From contig JAYWIR010000030.1 in assembly GCA_036172245.1 (NCBI GenBank), positions 1,798,001 to 1,862,000 of the forward strand: a DNA stretch of 64,000 nt. Direction: 5' to 3'. Positions 25,560 through 38,400 of the stretch are shown one piece after another. Both the position numbers and the translations under genes were made by a program. Each line of letters begins with the position of its first letter. Within the stretch, counting starts at the first letter, position 1. This DNA comes from Raillietiella orientalis. Taxonomy: Eukaryota. The notes under the pieces were generated by a model. It worked only from the letters and a program-made list of their open reading frames with translations, did no database searches and was not told the origin of the DNA.

Positions 25560-27100
25560 TCAAATACCATAACTCTCATCAGGGACTCAACTTGGGATGG
25601 AGGAAAGATAAATAAAGGGAACCATTAACAAAACAAACAAAAAGTGCACGCACTGGACTGCGGTGGCGAACATGATTCCTCAGGGTCTGCGTAGGGCTGG
25701 GACAAAATAAAGGATAGAATGAGGTGCTGCCATGAATGGCTTGAAATATAGTCTGTGCGCAGCTGCTCAGAGGCTTCCTTACATGCACCGTTTGGTTTGG
25801 TCCATTTCCACAAGAGGCAGCGAAAGACTCCCTTGCAAAGCGGATGCACCTGCCTTCCATCTTGGCTAGTGCCGCTGCTTGCAGGTGGCAAATGAGGCCA
25901 GCAAGCAGGCAATTGGCAAGCTTTGAGAGGTGAACCTCCTCTCGAACAGGCGTTGAGGAGCGGCTGGCGCAACCGAGGAGAAATACTCACATAGGTCGTC
26001 CACACTATTTGGCAATGCGTGCATTTCCTTAAAGATCCTGACCAAGGGACTTGATCTGACGTCTCTCGTCTATAGAGATACCGGTGCATCCGCCAGTAAA
26101 AGCGAACTGAAGCAACTGTCCTTCTCGACTGCAGTATCCATCCTCAAGGGGATCTGAATTTTCCACGAAGCGAGTTTCTTCTCCTCTCAGCGGGAAGGAG
26201 AGAGCACATCCGATGCATTCGACCAGAAGAGAATTCTCAGGAGTGCTCGGTGCAGGGATGGCGATAGGGCCTTTCTGAGTTCGGGTGCTTCTTCTCCAGC
26301 CTGTCGCTTTTACGGGCTCTTCTCTGGCATTCGGCTAGCCGGCCCTGAGGCAATTCTCCAAAGTCGAAACCTCTGTACGAGCTCTGGATGTGGGTTCTCT
26401 GCGATCTTAGGATGATAAGAGCGAAAGATTTCTGCGGGAGTTGAGATTCCCTTAGATGTACCGCGGAACCGATGAGCTATCTCACCGTCTCGGCCATCAC
26501 AAAACAGCTCAAGGGCATTCGCCAGACCCAACTGCTGGGTCTGACAAAGCGCTGTTGCAGCTCCCAAACTCTGAAAGTGAGAGAAAGTTCATTGGTAGGC
26601 GTTGCTGATGTCTCTGGCGTAGGATGAATGATCGTCTCTGCTTCTCTAAGCAGGTCAAGAAGCAGATCATCTGGATCGTTCCAGATTCCTCACTCGTCGC
26701 TTCATCCCTCGTAATCTCCTTTTTCCTTTGCATTACAACTTTGCCCTCCATCTGAGCTTCACATCTGTCACGCCTCTTGTCTAATAGTCAGCATGCTGAG
26801 CTACTTTCTGGCTTAGTGTTTTCTTCTCTCTTGTCGCGAGTTCATCAGCAGTTGCAGCACCTCCAGCATCAGCACACCCCTTTTTTCCAGCATATAGACC
26901 GCCAGGCGATACCAAAGCGAGAAAAGCGTCTTCCTAGACGATTGCTTGCAGGCAAGTAGGTGAAAATAAGCGGGAGTGGACTCGGTCCACCGGTGCGCGA
27001 GCGGCAGAGAAGTCACCCAAAGCAGATTAGCCAGCGTGATCGGCAACAGCACGCTCTGGGAGATTTTTCACAAGTTCTAGGCACCTGAGGGAGAAGCCCT
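25560..27100 (-). mobile_element. L1-type post-RT and C-terminal remnant
   Basis: 'KTLFSLWYRLAVY', 'EGKVVMQRKKEI..EESG', and a cysteine-containing C-terminus followed by a T-rich tail. Confidence 0.5.
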
Positions 27101-27124
27101 TCGCTCACTGTCACCCTTTGCGAG

Positions 27125-28950
27125 ATGACATCGAAGATGCCTGCGCCTTCTTTGAGCCCGACGGAGTCACCTCTCTCGCTCGCGGAAGATAAGAAAGAGA
27201 GGTTGCTGGAGCAGTCGAAGGATTGCCTCGCCCGGCGACCTCTGGAGGAGCTGGGATTGCATCTAGAGACTCATCAGAGCTCCCCGGTGCGCCTGTTGGA
27301 GTTTAGCGTACTTTTCTGCAGAAAGGTTCTGTCAGTGATGATAATGCCTAAGGATGGAACAGTCTTCGACAGGACCACAGTGAGGCGTGGGAAGGGCAGC
27401 AGGACTGGATCCGCTTGGGGATCCCCACGGTACGGTACTTCAAGTACCTCGATGTACCATTTGGGGATTATCTCCCTGCGGATGCATGGTCCAGCTGCCT
27501 CCAGAAGGTACAGACGGCGATCGGCCCGTTCCAAGACGGCAGGGTCTTCCTGCAGGGCCGCGGTGTGGAACGCATTTGCGGCCCACCTCCTTCGACCCCT
27601 TGCTTTTTGTTTGCCCCCTCTCAGCGGAGTTGTAAATGAGGACGAAGGACCTTCTGAGGATCGCCCTTTGGGGCAGAGGGAGGTCCCGAGTCCGTCTTGT
27701 GGACTTGTGCGCTCCGCGTCGGGACGGCAGTCTTGGCCTCCTGACGCTGGAGCGGCTGGAGCTTCAGCTCCAGTTTAGAGTACTTGCCTTTATGGCGAAG
27801 AACTGGTGCACCCCCTGGTGCGGTCCTGCACGTCTCCTCGTCGAGCAGGCCACCGGCAACGTGGGACTTTCGTCCTACCTTGCACTCCGAAGCCCCATCT
27901 GCCACTGCGTACTTCAGCTTCGGAGGGAGGCCAAGCTCGTCAAGACCAACATGGGACTGATCTTCGTACGCCCCGCGAACGGACTGCCTGGCTTCAGGAA
28001 ACCGTTCGCACGTGGGCGATGACTCAGGAGCAAAGCTCGCAACACGAGCGAATAGCTCTGTTCGGGCCGCGCGCCCACCGCACGCTCCGAGAAATCGTCG
28101 AAGATCCCCGAAGAAGAGCGTGGGCAGGAAGAACCTCCCATGCTGCGGTACTGCCTACCCTCCGGGAGCATCTAGGCAGAGACGACGCGGCAGAATGGGA
28201 AGCTACGATTAAGAGCTCCGGTACGGAGCGAAGGATAGGGGAATGGAGAACGGGTCAGATGACCAACGCTGCGACCCCGAGTACCACCCCGTATGGAATC
28301 TTGCGCTGGGCAAGCTACTGGATGTTCCGGAGGAACATCTCAAGTGGCCCCTGGTGCTCATGGACTGTCGTACCCTCCCCATGGAGTGGCAACAGTCGGC
28401 ACTGCTTTTACACCCGGGTGCGCCGGGGCGTTTATTTTTTAGTAAAAACAAAGAAGCAAGTGTAGGGCTATTGCCCCTACAGCGCCCTAACCGCGAGGGA
28501 CTTGATGCGCCGCTTCTTCACGCCAGGCGGCCTGTCTTTGGGTGCTGTCGTTGCAACCGTGTGTTGCACTCGCGCCATCGACAAGGCCCACCGAGAGTTG
28601 AAGCTGGCCATCCTTCGCCAGCCCACCGGATTAGCCAGCGCAAGCATGTCGTCGGCTGCCGAGTGGGCCCATCTGCCACAGGACGTAAGGAGAGAGATCG
28701 CCGGCATCCATCGCCGGTTTTGAAAGGAAGGAACGGACTCACCAAAGACCCCTGTCCCCTGCCCACCATATTTTTATTTTTATTTTTTATAGTAGTGTAT
28801 TTGTGGTCCCCTCCCTCTCGTTCCAGACTTTCGGCATACCGACCTGCGTGTCGGGGATCCCGCCCCCTTCGTATCTTGTTTTCCCCTTTGTCCAGGAACT
28901 CTGTTCCCGGATAGTTTTTAATGAACGCCCCGGCGCACCCGGGTGATAAA
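27125..28950 (+). mobile_element. Best-preserved L1/Tx1 3' half of the dominant family (zinc-finger region replaced by a small inverted 3'-end insert)
   Basis: 'FKYLDVPFG..W..CLQKVQ..VFLQGR', 'LWGRGRSRVRLVDLCAPRRDGSLGL', 'TLREIVEDP..WAGRTSHAAVLP', 'EWAHLPQDVRREIAGIHRRF*', then 3' UTR and terminal motif at 28920-28945. Confidence 0.85.
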
Positions 28951-28959
28951 CAGCGTCCT

Positions 28960-29090
28960 AAAAAAATGTTCTAATAAAGAGTCTGAGATTGCCGAGTAGC
29001 AAGCACGCAGGCTGGCGAGTTCGACTCGGCAGCGGGGGAGGAAAGGACAAATAAAAACAAAAAGAAAACACTATTTACAAAAGTAGGGAG
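28960..29090 (-). mobile_element. 3' UTR fragment of the same family, tail-to-tail
   Basis: The reverse complement matches 2575-2670, including the TGCCGAG...CTCGGCA stem. Confidence 0.7.
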
Positions 29091-29745
29091 GAGTTGGGGA
29101 CTGCTGGTATTGCATTGGGGTCTCCCTTGCAACGCCCGCCGACACCACTGGACGCGGGGGGTATCAACCCCAATTGTGTCAGGTGCAGGAGAGGGAATGC
29201 CTCCCTCACCTGTTAGTGGATTGTGTTGCCCTCCGGCCACTATGGAAACGCTTTGCCGCGGCCCTGGGAATCCTCGGAGGCAACCCCAGAGACGCTTCAA
29301 GACCCCTCTTCGTTCGAGACGCTCTGCCGCCAGCGGCCTCGCTTGCAGCCCTGTGCTGCCTACGTGGGATCGTCGCGGCATGGAGCAATGCGACGGGAGG
29401 ATCCAGCGACAGGGATGCCACCGTATACGCCGTCCGCTTCCTGAGGATGGCGACGCGATGGCCCCATCTAAAAACAGATACTTAGCAACAGCTTGCCGGC
29501 ATCCTCCAGAGGATGACGGACCCTCCCAGCAGACAGTGATTCCTTCCCGTTCCCTCCCCTGTTTGGTTTTGTTTGGTTTTCTTTTTGTTTCGTGCCCCCT
29601 CCTCTCTGTTGCCGAGGTCGACCGCTCCGGTCTGCGCACCGGAGACCCAGCAGGCTGCCGATTTCTAGGGCGTGGCTGGACTACCCGGTCCAGTCACAGG
29701 TTATAAACAGGTTTGTTCGTAAGAATAAACGTCCCGGCGCAACCA
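29090..29745 (+). mobile_element. L1/Tx1 3' end (zf-RVT and 3' UTR)
   Basis: 'HWGLPCNARRHHWT', 'CQVQERECLPHLLVDC', 'RWPHL', and AATAAACGTCCCGGCGC at 29724. Confidence 0.85.
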
Positions 29746-30350
29746 GTTTTCAATCGACAGGACCACATAATACGGGTCCAGGTCACCACTACTGCCGCTC
29801 GTGGGGAGGCAGCAGATGTTCTTGAAGAATGGAGAACGATCGTCTGAGTGGAACTCTCTCCTTCCTGAGATTTGTGAGGCACGCCAATCAGTCGCAGTCA
29901 CCTTCATTCTCTGCTCCGGGAGAAAGTCCGAAACAGGACAAAAAGCATGCCCGAATTCGCAGCACCTTGGTAGATCCCTCCCCCACTGTAGAGCATCTAC
30001 GTATCTCGACTCCAGTTCAGTGTGCATCGCCAATCTCCTTCCTGTTCGTGGAGCATCGGGAGAAAGCAGCCTGCGGCCCGCTAGTGCAGACACTGCCTGG
30101 TGTGGGAGAAAAAGCTGCCGAGAGTCTTAGACGATTGCCTTCAGCGCTCTGGTAAAAACAGCATGAAACGATCTCTCTCCGATGCTCCATAGTCCCAGAC
30201 CTTGTCTCTTGTTTTCTCCTCTTCCCTTTCCGACATAAGCGCCTGCTAAACCGCCCTTGGCGTTACCTTAGCGATGCTTCCACTTCGCTTTTTCGTGACG
30301 TCTTCCGGCTCGCCTAGAGGGGGCTGGGCTCCTACGCACAGCGCGACACA
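29745..30350 (-). mobile_element. APE endonuclease C-terminal fragment
   Basis: 'ESRYVD' (SRLD-like) and 'CPVSDF' (P.SDH-like) in ORF 29701..30093. Confidence 0.55.
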
Positions 30351-30539
30351 TCCTCATGAGATCCCTCCAACCAGTTTTGCCTCATTAGGATGCCGGGACT
30401 GTTGAAAATTTCTAAATGACAATTTTTTCCTCCGGGAATTCTGGAATCAATCGAAGTGCAGATGAATTGATCCGCATCTAATAAGATTATCTGAAATCGT
30501 GTCTTTTATTTACTCTGCAGATTAGGATGAAAATTTTCT

Positions 30540-31400
30540 GGATCTCTTTCACAGCCGACAAACGGAAGGATCTTTTAAAACTTGCAAGATTCGAGCGTTT
30601 GGGGAGCACGAGCTGTGCTCTTTGTACGGGTTCTGAGAAACGATCGTTGCGTTCTTCAGCGTCCCTCCACAAGGGCAGCTGAAGGGAGGTTCGGTACAGG
30701 AGGAAGAGACACACCTGCAGCCGGAGAAAGGGATGAGGACGGAGTTCCATTCTCCTCCGTTCCTACTGCGCATCAACTCCTCTCCCGGAAGCCCGGACGA
30801 GCCCGGACATATCTCGAGCGTTTCCTCTGCGCTACATCACGCAAGGGACAGCTTCTTGGGATCGGAAACACACCATGGTCAACACTCGCACAAGACGATC
30901 TGAGATTTCAGGGTTGGACGCAGCAGGACTGCACTACACGCTCTCGGTGGTTCCCCCTCGGCTTGTGCCGCTGCGAAGGGGAGAGCGTCGCAGCTCCAAA
31001 ATCCTGTCTCAAGACCGGTGTTCTTTCTGGAAGCATCCAGAAGCACAGCGAAAATATTGCGGATGCGAGAGAGGACGATTTTCTAATCCCTGCGCTTACG
31101 AAAGAAGTGCTGGTTATGTGACCGATGACCAAGAGATTTGCGGACCGTCTTCACTATCTGCATATCCTCTTCATGCTATCCTCCAATCCAGGTTGGAGTA
31201 TCGAAAAGGCATTTTCTTGTCGGCTCGTAGACCAGCCTATGATTCCAGCATTCCTGAAGCAGAGTGTGCTGGAGCACATCACTTCCTTTCTGATGCACTC
31301 CATACCAAGCGTTCTGCAGTACTGCTCGAACAGAGTTCTCCGTCTCATCGGATATCGCTGGGGTTTTTGCTACTACCACCAAGACCTGAGTCGGCGGAGG
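30540..31400 (+). mobile_element. Mutator (MULE)-like transposase remnant
   Basis: Colinear degenerate motifs 'IADAREDDFLIPAL..VLV' (DGTF..P..F.QL-like), 'HILFMLSS...EKAF' and 'GFCYYH' (GC.FH-like), with a possible FLYWCH-like start. Confidence 0.4.
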
Positions 31401-31419
31401 CTGCGGTTCGGATCAAGGC

Positions 31420-32300
31420 GAACTCTCTCCCGGACCCCCTAAGAGCACCATCGCGGTCCTTCTCCTGGTCGCTGGGATCCAGGAACAAGCCTCCCCCTTC
31501 CAACGGAACTCCGAATGTCATGAGCAGCTCCATCCCGGTGTTGCTTTTATGCATGAGCGCCACCCATCTCCAGGGACGGTTTGCTTTGAGGCAGGCGAGC
31601 CGCTGTGCACTCCTCTGCACATCCCATCTTCTATGGCTGCCGTCATCCCAATCCAGCAAGAGAGGAGAGAACCTGAGAACCACTCTTCCTTCCTTCCGAT
31701 CTGAGGGGCTCAAGAGTCAGTTCATGGGAACCTCGTCAGGTTATTAGAGTCCTGGAATGGAGACGGTGATGTCTGAGAAGAGCTGGAAATTCAAGCAGGA
31801 AGCTGCTGCTGCTGCTGAGCAGCCACCAGATAAGGACGCCTACTGAGTGCATCGGCTAGCGAGCTCTGATCCACGTAGTCGAGTAGGGGTGGAGCAAGGT
31901 CAGCAGCCTTCCTCTCTACTGGGATGCGGAGCTTGAACAAGTGGTCTCGTCCGGACGATGGGAACGTCCGATGCTGAAAGGAATGAAGAGGGCAGGAGCC
32001 CAGAGGCAGAGATGTCCTCTCAGAAAGAAGCCTCATTTCGGCAAGGCCCCAACGGTTCAGCTGACTGCAAACCATCTCAAAGGTAACCAGCGACTGCTAC
32101 CGTGCTTGTGTCCGGCAGAGGTCGATCGAGATCACGCGAAGGTGCTCGCGGAGGAAGCAGAACCCTGGTAGAAGAGTGCCTTCCAGGCCACCTCCCACGG
32201 CGACCGGTGCTGCCACGCCGCGGCTAATGAAATGCATGATCGAGGCAGCATCTCTAAGCGGCCGAGAGCATCGCATGCCAAGGAAACGATTTCTTCCTAA
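31420..32300 (-). mobile_element. RT core fragment
   Basis: 'LNRWGL..TSLPLGSCPLHSF' (NG..QG.PL.P.LF-like) and 'LLDYVDQ' (YADD-like). Confidence 0.5.
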
Positions 32301-32879
32301 AATGCCAAAAACAGTCGGCAAAGAACAGCAACGGCAAAACCTAATCGGATGCTCAATTGCAAACTTTTGGAAAATACATCGGGAGAAGAAAAAAAAAGTT
32401 TCTACTTTCTGTGCAAGAAAAATGCAAATTTTTGCAAATGAAAGAACCGGAAATTAAGAAGCCTTTTGACCCATTTGGCTCCTTTCGATGTGTTCTTCCA
32501 CTCTTTCAATCTCGCGACTAATCTCCTAGCTAAGGGACACGACTTCGTTTTCTCGAGGCTCGTCAAGGAAACCATCCCTTAAGATGGCCCCTAATTATTC
32601 AGAAGAATTTGAAAGTTGGAACCTCCCCAGAGCTCCAGGAAAACTTCAGGCTGCTCGTCGTTCTAATGGGATACTCGGAGGGAAACTTTGTTCATTCCAA
32701 ACAAGGGGTGAGAAAACTTGCGTTTCTCCACATATTATTCCCTTGGCTACAAAGTGTGCTTTCTGGAAGGTAATCCCATTAGGAACCTGGCGTGGAAGGC
32801 CAAAAAAAAAAAAAATGCCACAGAAAGGAAGAAACTTCATCCTTCCAAACTTCATCCTTCCGGATCGGTGGCGAGGACG

Positions 32880-33400
32880 AGGTGGTAAAGAAAGGAGATG
32901 TCGGGATCCTCCTGCCACCAAAGAGCCAAAGAGCGTCCAAAGAGCAGCAACCAAACCAACTCACCTTCAGCTTTCTTTCATCAGAGACGTCGCTGAAGAA
33001 GAAGGGGCGAAATGCACACCAGACCCTCGTCTCTGTTTCTGCATTGATCAGAAGCTGCAGCAGCATCTTCCACTTCGACTTGTAAGTTTTCTGTAGGACA
33101 GCCACCGGTCCTGTTCCTGTGAGGACGGCAAGCAACCTGCTTGATCAGGACTGTCTCCTGACACTGCACAAGGCCGTTGGATTCCGTCGCGCTTTGGAAG
33201 CGCCTACGTTTCTTTTCGTGGCGTGGGTGGTAAATCAGAGAAGACATGCCGCTGCAGAGAGGGAAGCGGCACTCAAAACATACGCCGAAACCACAAGGAG
33301 AGTCATCAGCTCTCTCCAAGAACCACAGCCTCGATAGGACGAGATGAAGAGACCAGAAGGATGCGGAGAAGAAGGCATTCATCATCCGCATTCGTAAGGG
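32880..33400 (+). mobile_element. EN C-terminus/linker fragment
   Basis: 'KGDVGIL' and 'TGPVPVRTASNLLDQD' (G.G.W..N..LL.D-like). Confidence 0.35.
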
Positions 33401-34149
33401 ATAAATGATCAGCAGAGCTGAGCTGTCCTCTGATGGGCAGGAAGAGGCCTCATGATGCCATCCGAAGCAGGGCGCGACCATCCCCTGATCTGGACGCCTC
33501 TCCACGCAAGAGAAAGCCATGTGGCCCCGCGCTGCACCGCACGTAAGCTGCAGGTCCTCCTTTTCGCAGCGAAAAGAGGAGCAGCTGCCTCTTCCCGCTG
33601 ATGACAGCGGCAGAGTCCAATTCGGCTGCGGAGAAGCGTCGGCTCCAGTGAAAGCACTCGCTGGAACCAGCGGAATCCCTGGTTGCTCCTTGCTCGAAGT
33701 TCCAAAGCGTCTTTATGCGACCGGACATCAGCCTGATGGACATCTGTCCCATGTGCTCCTTACAGCGCTTGGACTTTTCGGCTGCTTTAGCGGGCACGGA
33801 TCCTCTCTCCCCCATCCCCACACTCACACAAGGGTCCACCCCAGGGGAGAGACGGAAGTTTTTTGAGACCCTCGCCATGCAAAGCCGTCGTCGAGGCAGA
33901 CTTCAGAACAGTCCCGTATCCGGCCATGGCTGAGGCTTAAAGCCTTCGTCAGTGGTGAGTTCCTTCATCTTCATTCGAAACAAATTCATTTTGATGATCT
34001 GATGAACTTGGCAAACATTCCCAGCCTGCAAGCATCAAACCAATTCGTGTTGTCGAAATGATCCTCTTGCAGACAGCAATGAATAACGAACGTCCTTGGC
34101 ATCACAACGTGAACGCAGACGCGCACTGAAGTGTCTCAAAAAACTGATG

Positions 34150-34560
34150 TGGTTACTAGAAAAAAAAAAAAAAGAATGTTCTGAAAATGCATGTTTTCCT
34201 CGATTCTTTTAAGCACTCCTGAAGAACCAGGTACCACTGAAGAATATACCAGTTGTGAAAATCACTTTTGAAGGGATTGCTGTTTTTCCAATTAGTGGTC
34301 TTACTTGCCATCCTGTTTGGTAGTTCAGGCATGTCTCGAGCAACTGACGTCGTCAAGAAGGCCTAACCCATCTTCCTAAATGCGCCAAGCCACCGGGGCT
34401 GTCAAAGACTGGGAAAGCCATAGCTCCACCGGACCCGCAAAGGATTCATTTCAATTGTTCGGAACTTCTGGAAGAAAGCTGCGCGTCTGCAAGTGCTTTG
34501 AGGAATGGGAGATTCCGCCCATGAAAGGAGATGGATTTGAAATAATCGGAGGAGACCTCC
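34150..34560 (+). mobile_element. Jockey/I-type ORF1 (gag, CCHC knuckles) remnant
   Basis: 'VVKITFEG..CHPVW*FRHVSS' and 'FQLFGTSG...CKCFEEWEIPPMK' resemble the knuckle series and the C..++EE.EI..K tail. Confidence 0.4.
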
Positions 34561-34619
34561 TTGAGTGAAATGCTTATCTAACCTGGAGGCGATCTTGAGG
34601 TTAGAAGGCACGAGGTCAG

Positions 34620-35420
34620 TCTGCAACCTCGACTATGAAAAGGGCTACCGATTATACAGAAGAAGGAACATACAGTCACACCCATGGTGGGGTGTCGGAC
34701 ACATCTGCCTCTCCTCGTGGAGGTAATTGGTCTGCCGACTATGGCAACCTTGCGCACGTCTTACGCAGCACTGCTGGCTGCAACTCCAACGATGGCACCG
34801 GCTGGCAATGTGGTGGGAGCAACGCAAACCACTAAGGGAACTTCAGGTAAGTCGGAAGTTTTGGTAATCCAACGGGAGTAACGTTCCCATGATAGAAGTA
34901 GGCCCTGAGGTCTAGACGGTGACCTTCAAGAGCAGTGATGTCACGGAAATATACCTTGCTCTATGCAAGTCAACTTCGATGGGATCCAAGCAATCATTCC
35001 ATGTTCCAACAGATTCTCAATGTGCACAGAATGTGAACAGCTGACCAAAGCAGCAGTCAAACAAGAGGATGGAATTCTTCTGGTTTTTTCTGTTTTCGCT
35101 GCTATCCTTCCAGTATTCTTTTTGATTCTCTAAGTGCTGAAGAACCGTTTGCCTCCCTAGGTGGGGATCGCAAAGCTCTTTGACGCTGTCCATGCTAATG
35201 AGAGTGCGTGTAACTCTTCGAGTTGTAGGAGGTGACCCCGTAGGGACCACCTTATGAATCCAGGAAGGTTCCGTAGGAAGGATTCTGTTCTTCTTACGTT
35301 TGGTAGGGAATCTTAAAGAAAATTTCTTATTTATTCTTTTCGGAGGGAGCAGTGTGCTTTCTACAATCTGAAAAGGCAACTCCCTGAGGGGATATCAACC
35401 AGCTCTATGGTACGCAATCT
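34620..35420 (+). mobile_element. RT fragment of the dominant family
   Basis: 'VIGLP', 'RSRP*GLDGD' and 'DGILL..VLKNRLPP'. TATCAACCAGCTCTATGGTACGCAAT is identical to the sequence at ~1759-1784. Confidence 0.65.
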
Positions 35421-35429
35421 CAAGGGTCT

Positions 35430-38400
35430 GTGCGTGGAATTGACGAATTCGCCACCACAAATGTATATGGCAGGGATTAACGCCCACACCATCCGGAAGA
35501 CAGCATGGGATGACCTGTCCTAATACGGAGAATCAAAGCATGTGAAATTCAGAGACTCCATTGGCAAGGTCTTCTCATAGGAAGGTATCACACAAATGAA
35601 AATGGATGAAGATGCCAAGGTCCCAGAACGCTCCCAGGAAGTACTGATAAAACGTCAGTAACCAGTGCTTTTCATTGGTTGCTCCTTCCCAGGATACGAC
35701 GCTGCCGGTATGACCAGCAAGGTCATGCACGCAGCCGCAGCTGTGTTACTTCTGCAGACTATCAAGCCATAAAAGAGGAAGTGTGGAAGGTATGCCAACT
35801 GGCGTGAAATGCAGAGTTTTCCTTCTATATACATGGGAGGAAAATTCTTCAAGAGGATCCAGCAGGAGGAAGGCCAGCAAAAAAAAGCCTCTTCATGATT
35901 CACGATTTTGCGTGTCGTCGTTGAGCAGAGGCCATGCTAATCTCCTCTGTGTCGTTCCAATTTACAGCTAAAATTGGAAGCAGTGGAATTCAAAAGAAAG
36001 GAAAACGAAAGCACAGACTAGGAGGTACAAAAACCCTCCAAAGCACAGCCAAGAAGTGTCGTGGCTAGTAAGGAGCTGGCCGAAATAGAGGAGTGCTAAC
36101 AGCAGATCAGAGAAAGCTGGAGAGGAAGTGCGACCGGGTATAAGAAGTGAGAAACAGGCCAACTCTGCCCAGTAGGGGAAATCATCTTTCAGGAAGTTTA
36201 TAACGATGAATATTGCCTCCAGCTAGAGAACAAGTGCTCAGAGTAGAGCAACCTTTTTCTGGGAGCAGTGATGTGCTCATTTCACCGCTCCCAGAAGAGA
36301 GGATGGAATACGAAGGCCACCCTGTCACAGATACCAAGGACCTTGTGAAAACCGAAAGAGACCTAGGGGAAGAACGCGACACTGCTAAGAGTCCATAGCT
36401 GTATCTTAAGCAGAGGCACAAGAGCACGGAGCCTCCTTCCCCCCGATGGCCAGAAACATCAGTGGAACTAAGACTCGAGGAGACGCTTTACGTGGACCGT
36501 CAAGAGTGACCACATCGTGTACCTACCTCCCACATCATAGGTCACAAGATCGGATATGAACTCGAGAGACGAATGAAAGCCCAGCTGTTTATCAGCACGA
36601 GTGAAAAGCAGACGGAAGGGGTGCGATTCTCGTGAAAAACGAGATCGCACACCCTATCCTCAACCTGGCCGGGTCATCAGAGTCCGAATTTCCTGGTCAT
36701 GGAGAACGTGTACGGGCCACACAAAGACAAACAGGGGATGTGCGGATGTAGTGCCGGCTCCTGCGCAACGAGGCCTCACCCAAAGACACTGTGGTCGTCG
36801 TGGATGACCCATCATGCTCGAGACCATCACTCTGTCCAACGATTCCCGAGAGAGGATGGTGTATCGTCATTTTTTCGAATTCGGACTGCTAAGGCTAAGA
36901 CTGAGTCACAAACCGATAGACTACATGCTCCACAGAATAGACATAAGCAACCGTTTACAGGGGTTCTGGGAACGCAGGTTCTGCTCTCGGATCATGCGTT
37001 ACTGAGGTTCATCGTGGAAACCGAGAACCTATGGAAGAAGAATGGTGCCACGAAAGCGCTCATCTGCATTCTCGCCTTGTTTGAGATGCTACCAAGCCAC
37101 CAAGGTGTCATCCACGCGATTCTGCAAAACACAAGCATCCACAGACTGGCACAGGATGAGACAAACGGTCCATCTGTTCTGCAACCTACAATACGGCGAC
37201 AAAAAAATGAGAAAGGAAGCGTCCAGGACCACGGATCACTTCCACTCGAAGTACTAGGACTCGTACAAGAGGAGGTACAAACTGTGAAGGAAGAACCGGC
37301 ATGCTGGAAAAGAACATCTACACCGGTACCTTCTGTATCCAGTGTAATGATCACGTTCGCCAAACGTTCGAAGAAATCGTGGTGGCCTTTAAGCATTGTC
37401 ACACACATGACATCCGCGCTTCGATCTGTACCCTGCTCAACAGCAAGCCATTCTGAGCAACCTGCATAAAAACCTGAGTGTACAACAAAAAGACAAACTT
37501 GAAACCTCCATAGATAAGGTGGAGAGTGTGTTGACGAAATTACCAAGAATGCGTGGTTGACCCTAATAGTGAGACCATCTCCCATCTCCTCCATCATATC
37601 AGCAGTACCCGCACGCTTACCTGAGTCTGTTCCATGAACTCACGCTGCAAATCCAAAAGGAACACAAGTTACCAGCGTCGTTCCACGAAAGAAGGATACC
37701 ACTGCTGCACAAGGGAGGTTAGATGACCAGTCACTCAGTCGGGGACAGATGATTAGCGAAGATCCAGGCCGACCGCTTAAGGATGACTATGTCATTGGTG
37801 ACTACTCCAAGGCCGACGTCTCGTGAGTAGTTCCCAGAAGTTGCACGCCTGCGAGTGTGAAGTGCACCAGGCCATCATCGGTTACAGCCGATACGTCAGA
37901 GACTGATGCTGGGATTCATGTGGATACGGAGAGCGATTTCGACAAAGTAAACCACAGCACGCTGCTGAAGGTGTCAAGGAAGCTGGGCTTCAGCCACTAC
38001 GTGAAAAGAGTACTCGAAGAGCAACACTCCAACATTCGACATAAATGCACAGGATACAGATGGAGAGGGCAGCCCGTCAGGGAAACGCCCTCAATCCAAT
38101 GTCGTCTGTGATTTCGATGGAGGCTGTGTCAGCATCAGTTCACCGAAGATGGCGCCTCCAAGGAATTACAGATGGATGATGACGGGTTGATTCGTCTGAA
38201 GTATGCGAGCGGTCTCCTCTTCCTGCAGCATGAGGGAACAGCATGCGTTCCTGGATGTAGGCAGATCTACGAAAATGGCACTGGGCTTCAAGAAGTCTCA
38301 ACTCGTGCCCAACGTAATCCTAAACCTCTCCACACGAACAGAAAAGGAATGTGGTCGATGAAATCGAGCACCTAAGAGTCCGCATCGGTGAAGCCTCGGC

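Noticed and set aside
32832..32861. 15-bp tandem duplication AAACTTCATCCTTCC
   Set aside because: An ordinary local slippage or duplication.
37621..37644. 24-nt minus-strand micro-exon with TTGCAG/GTAAGC splice sites
   Set aside because: The plus strand reads as colinear L1 RT start here, so the splice-like signals are probably chance.
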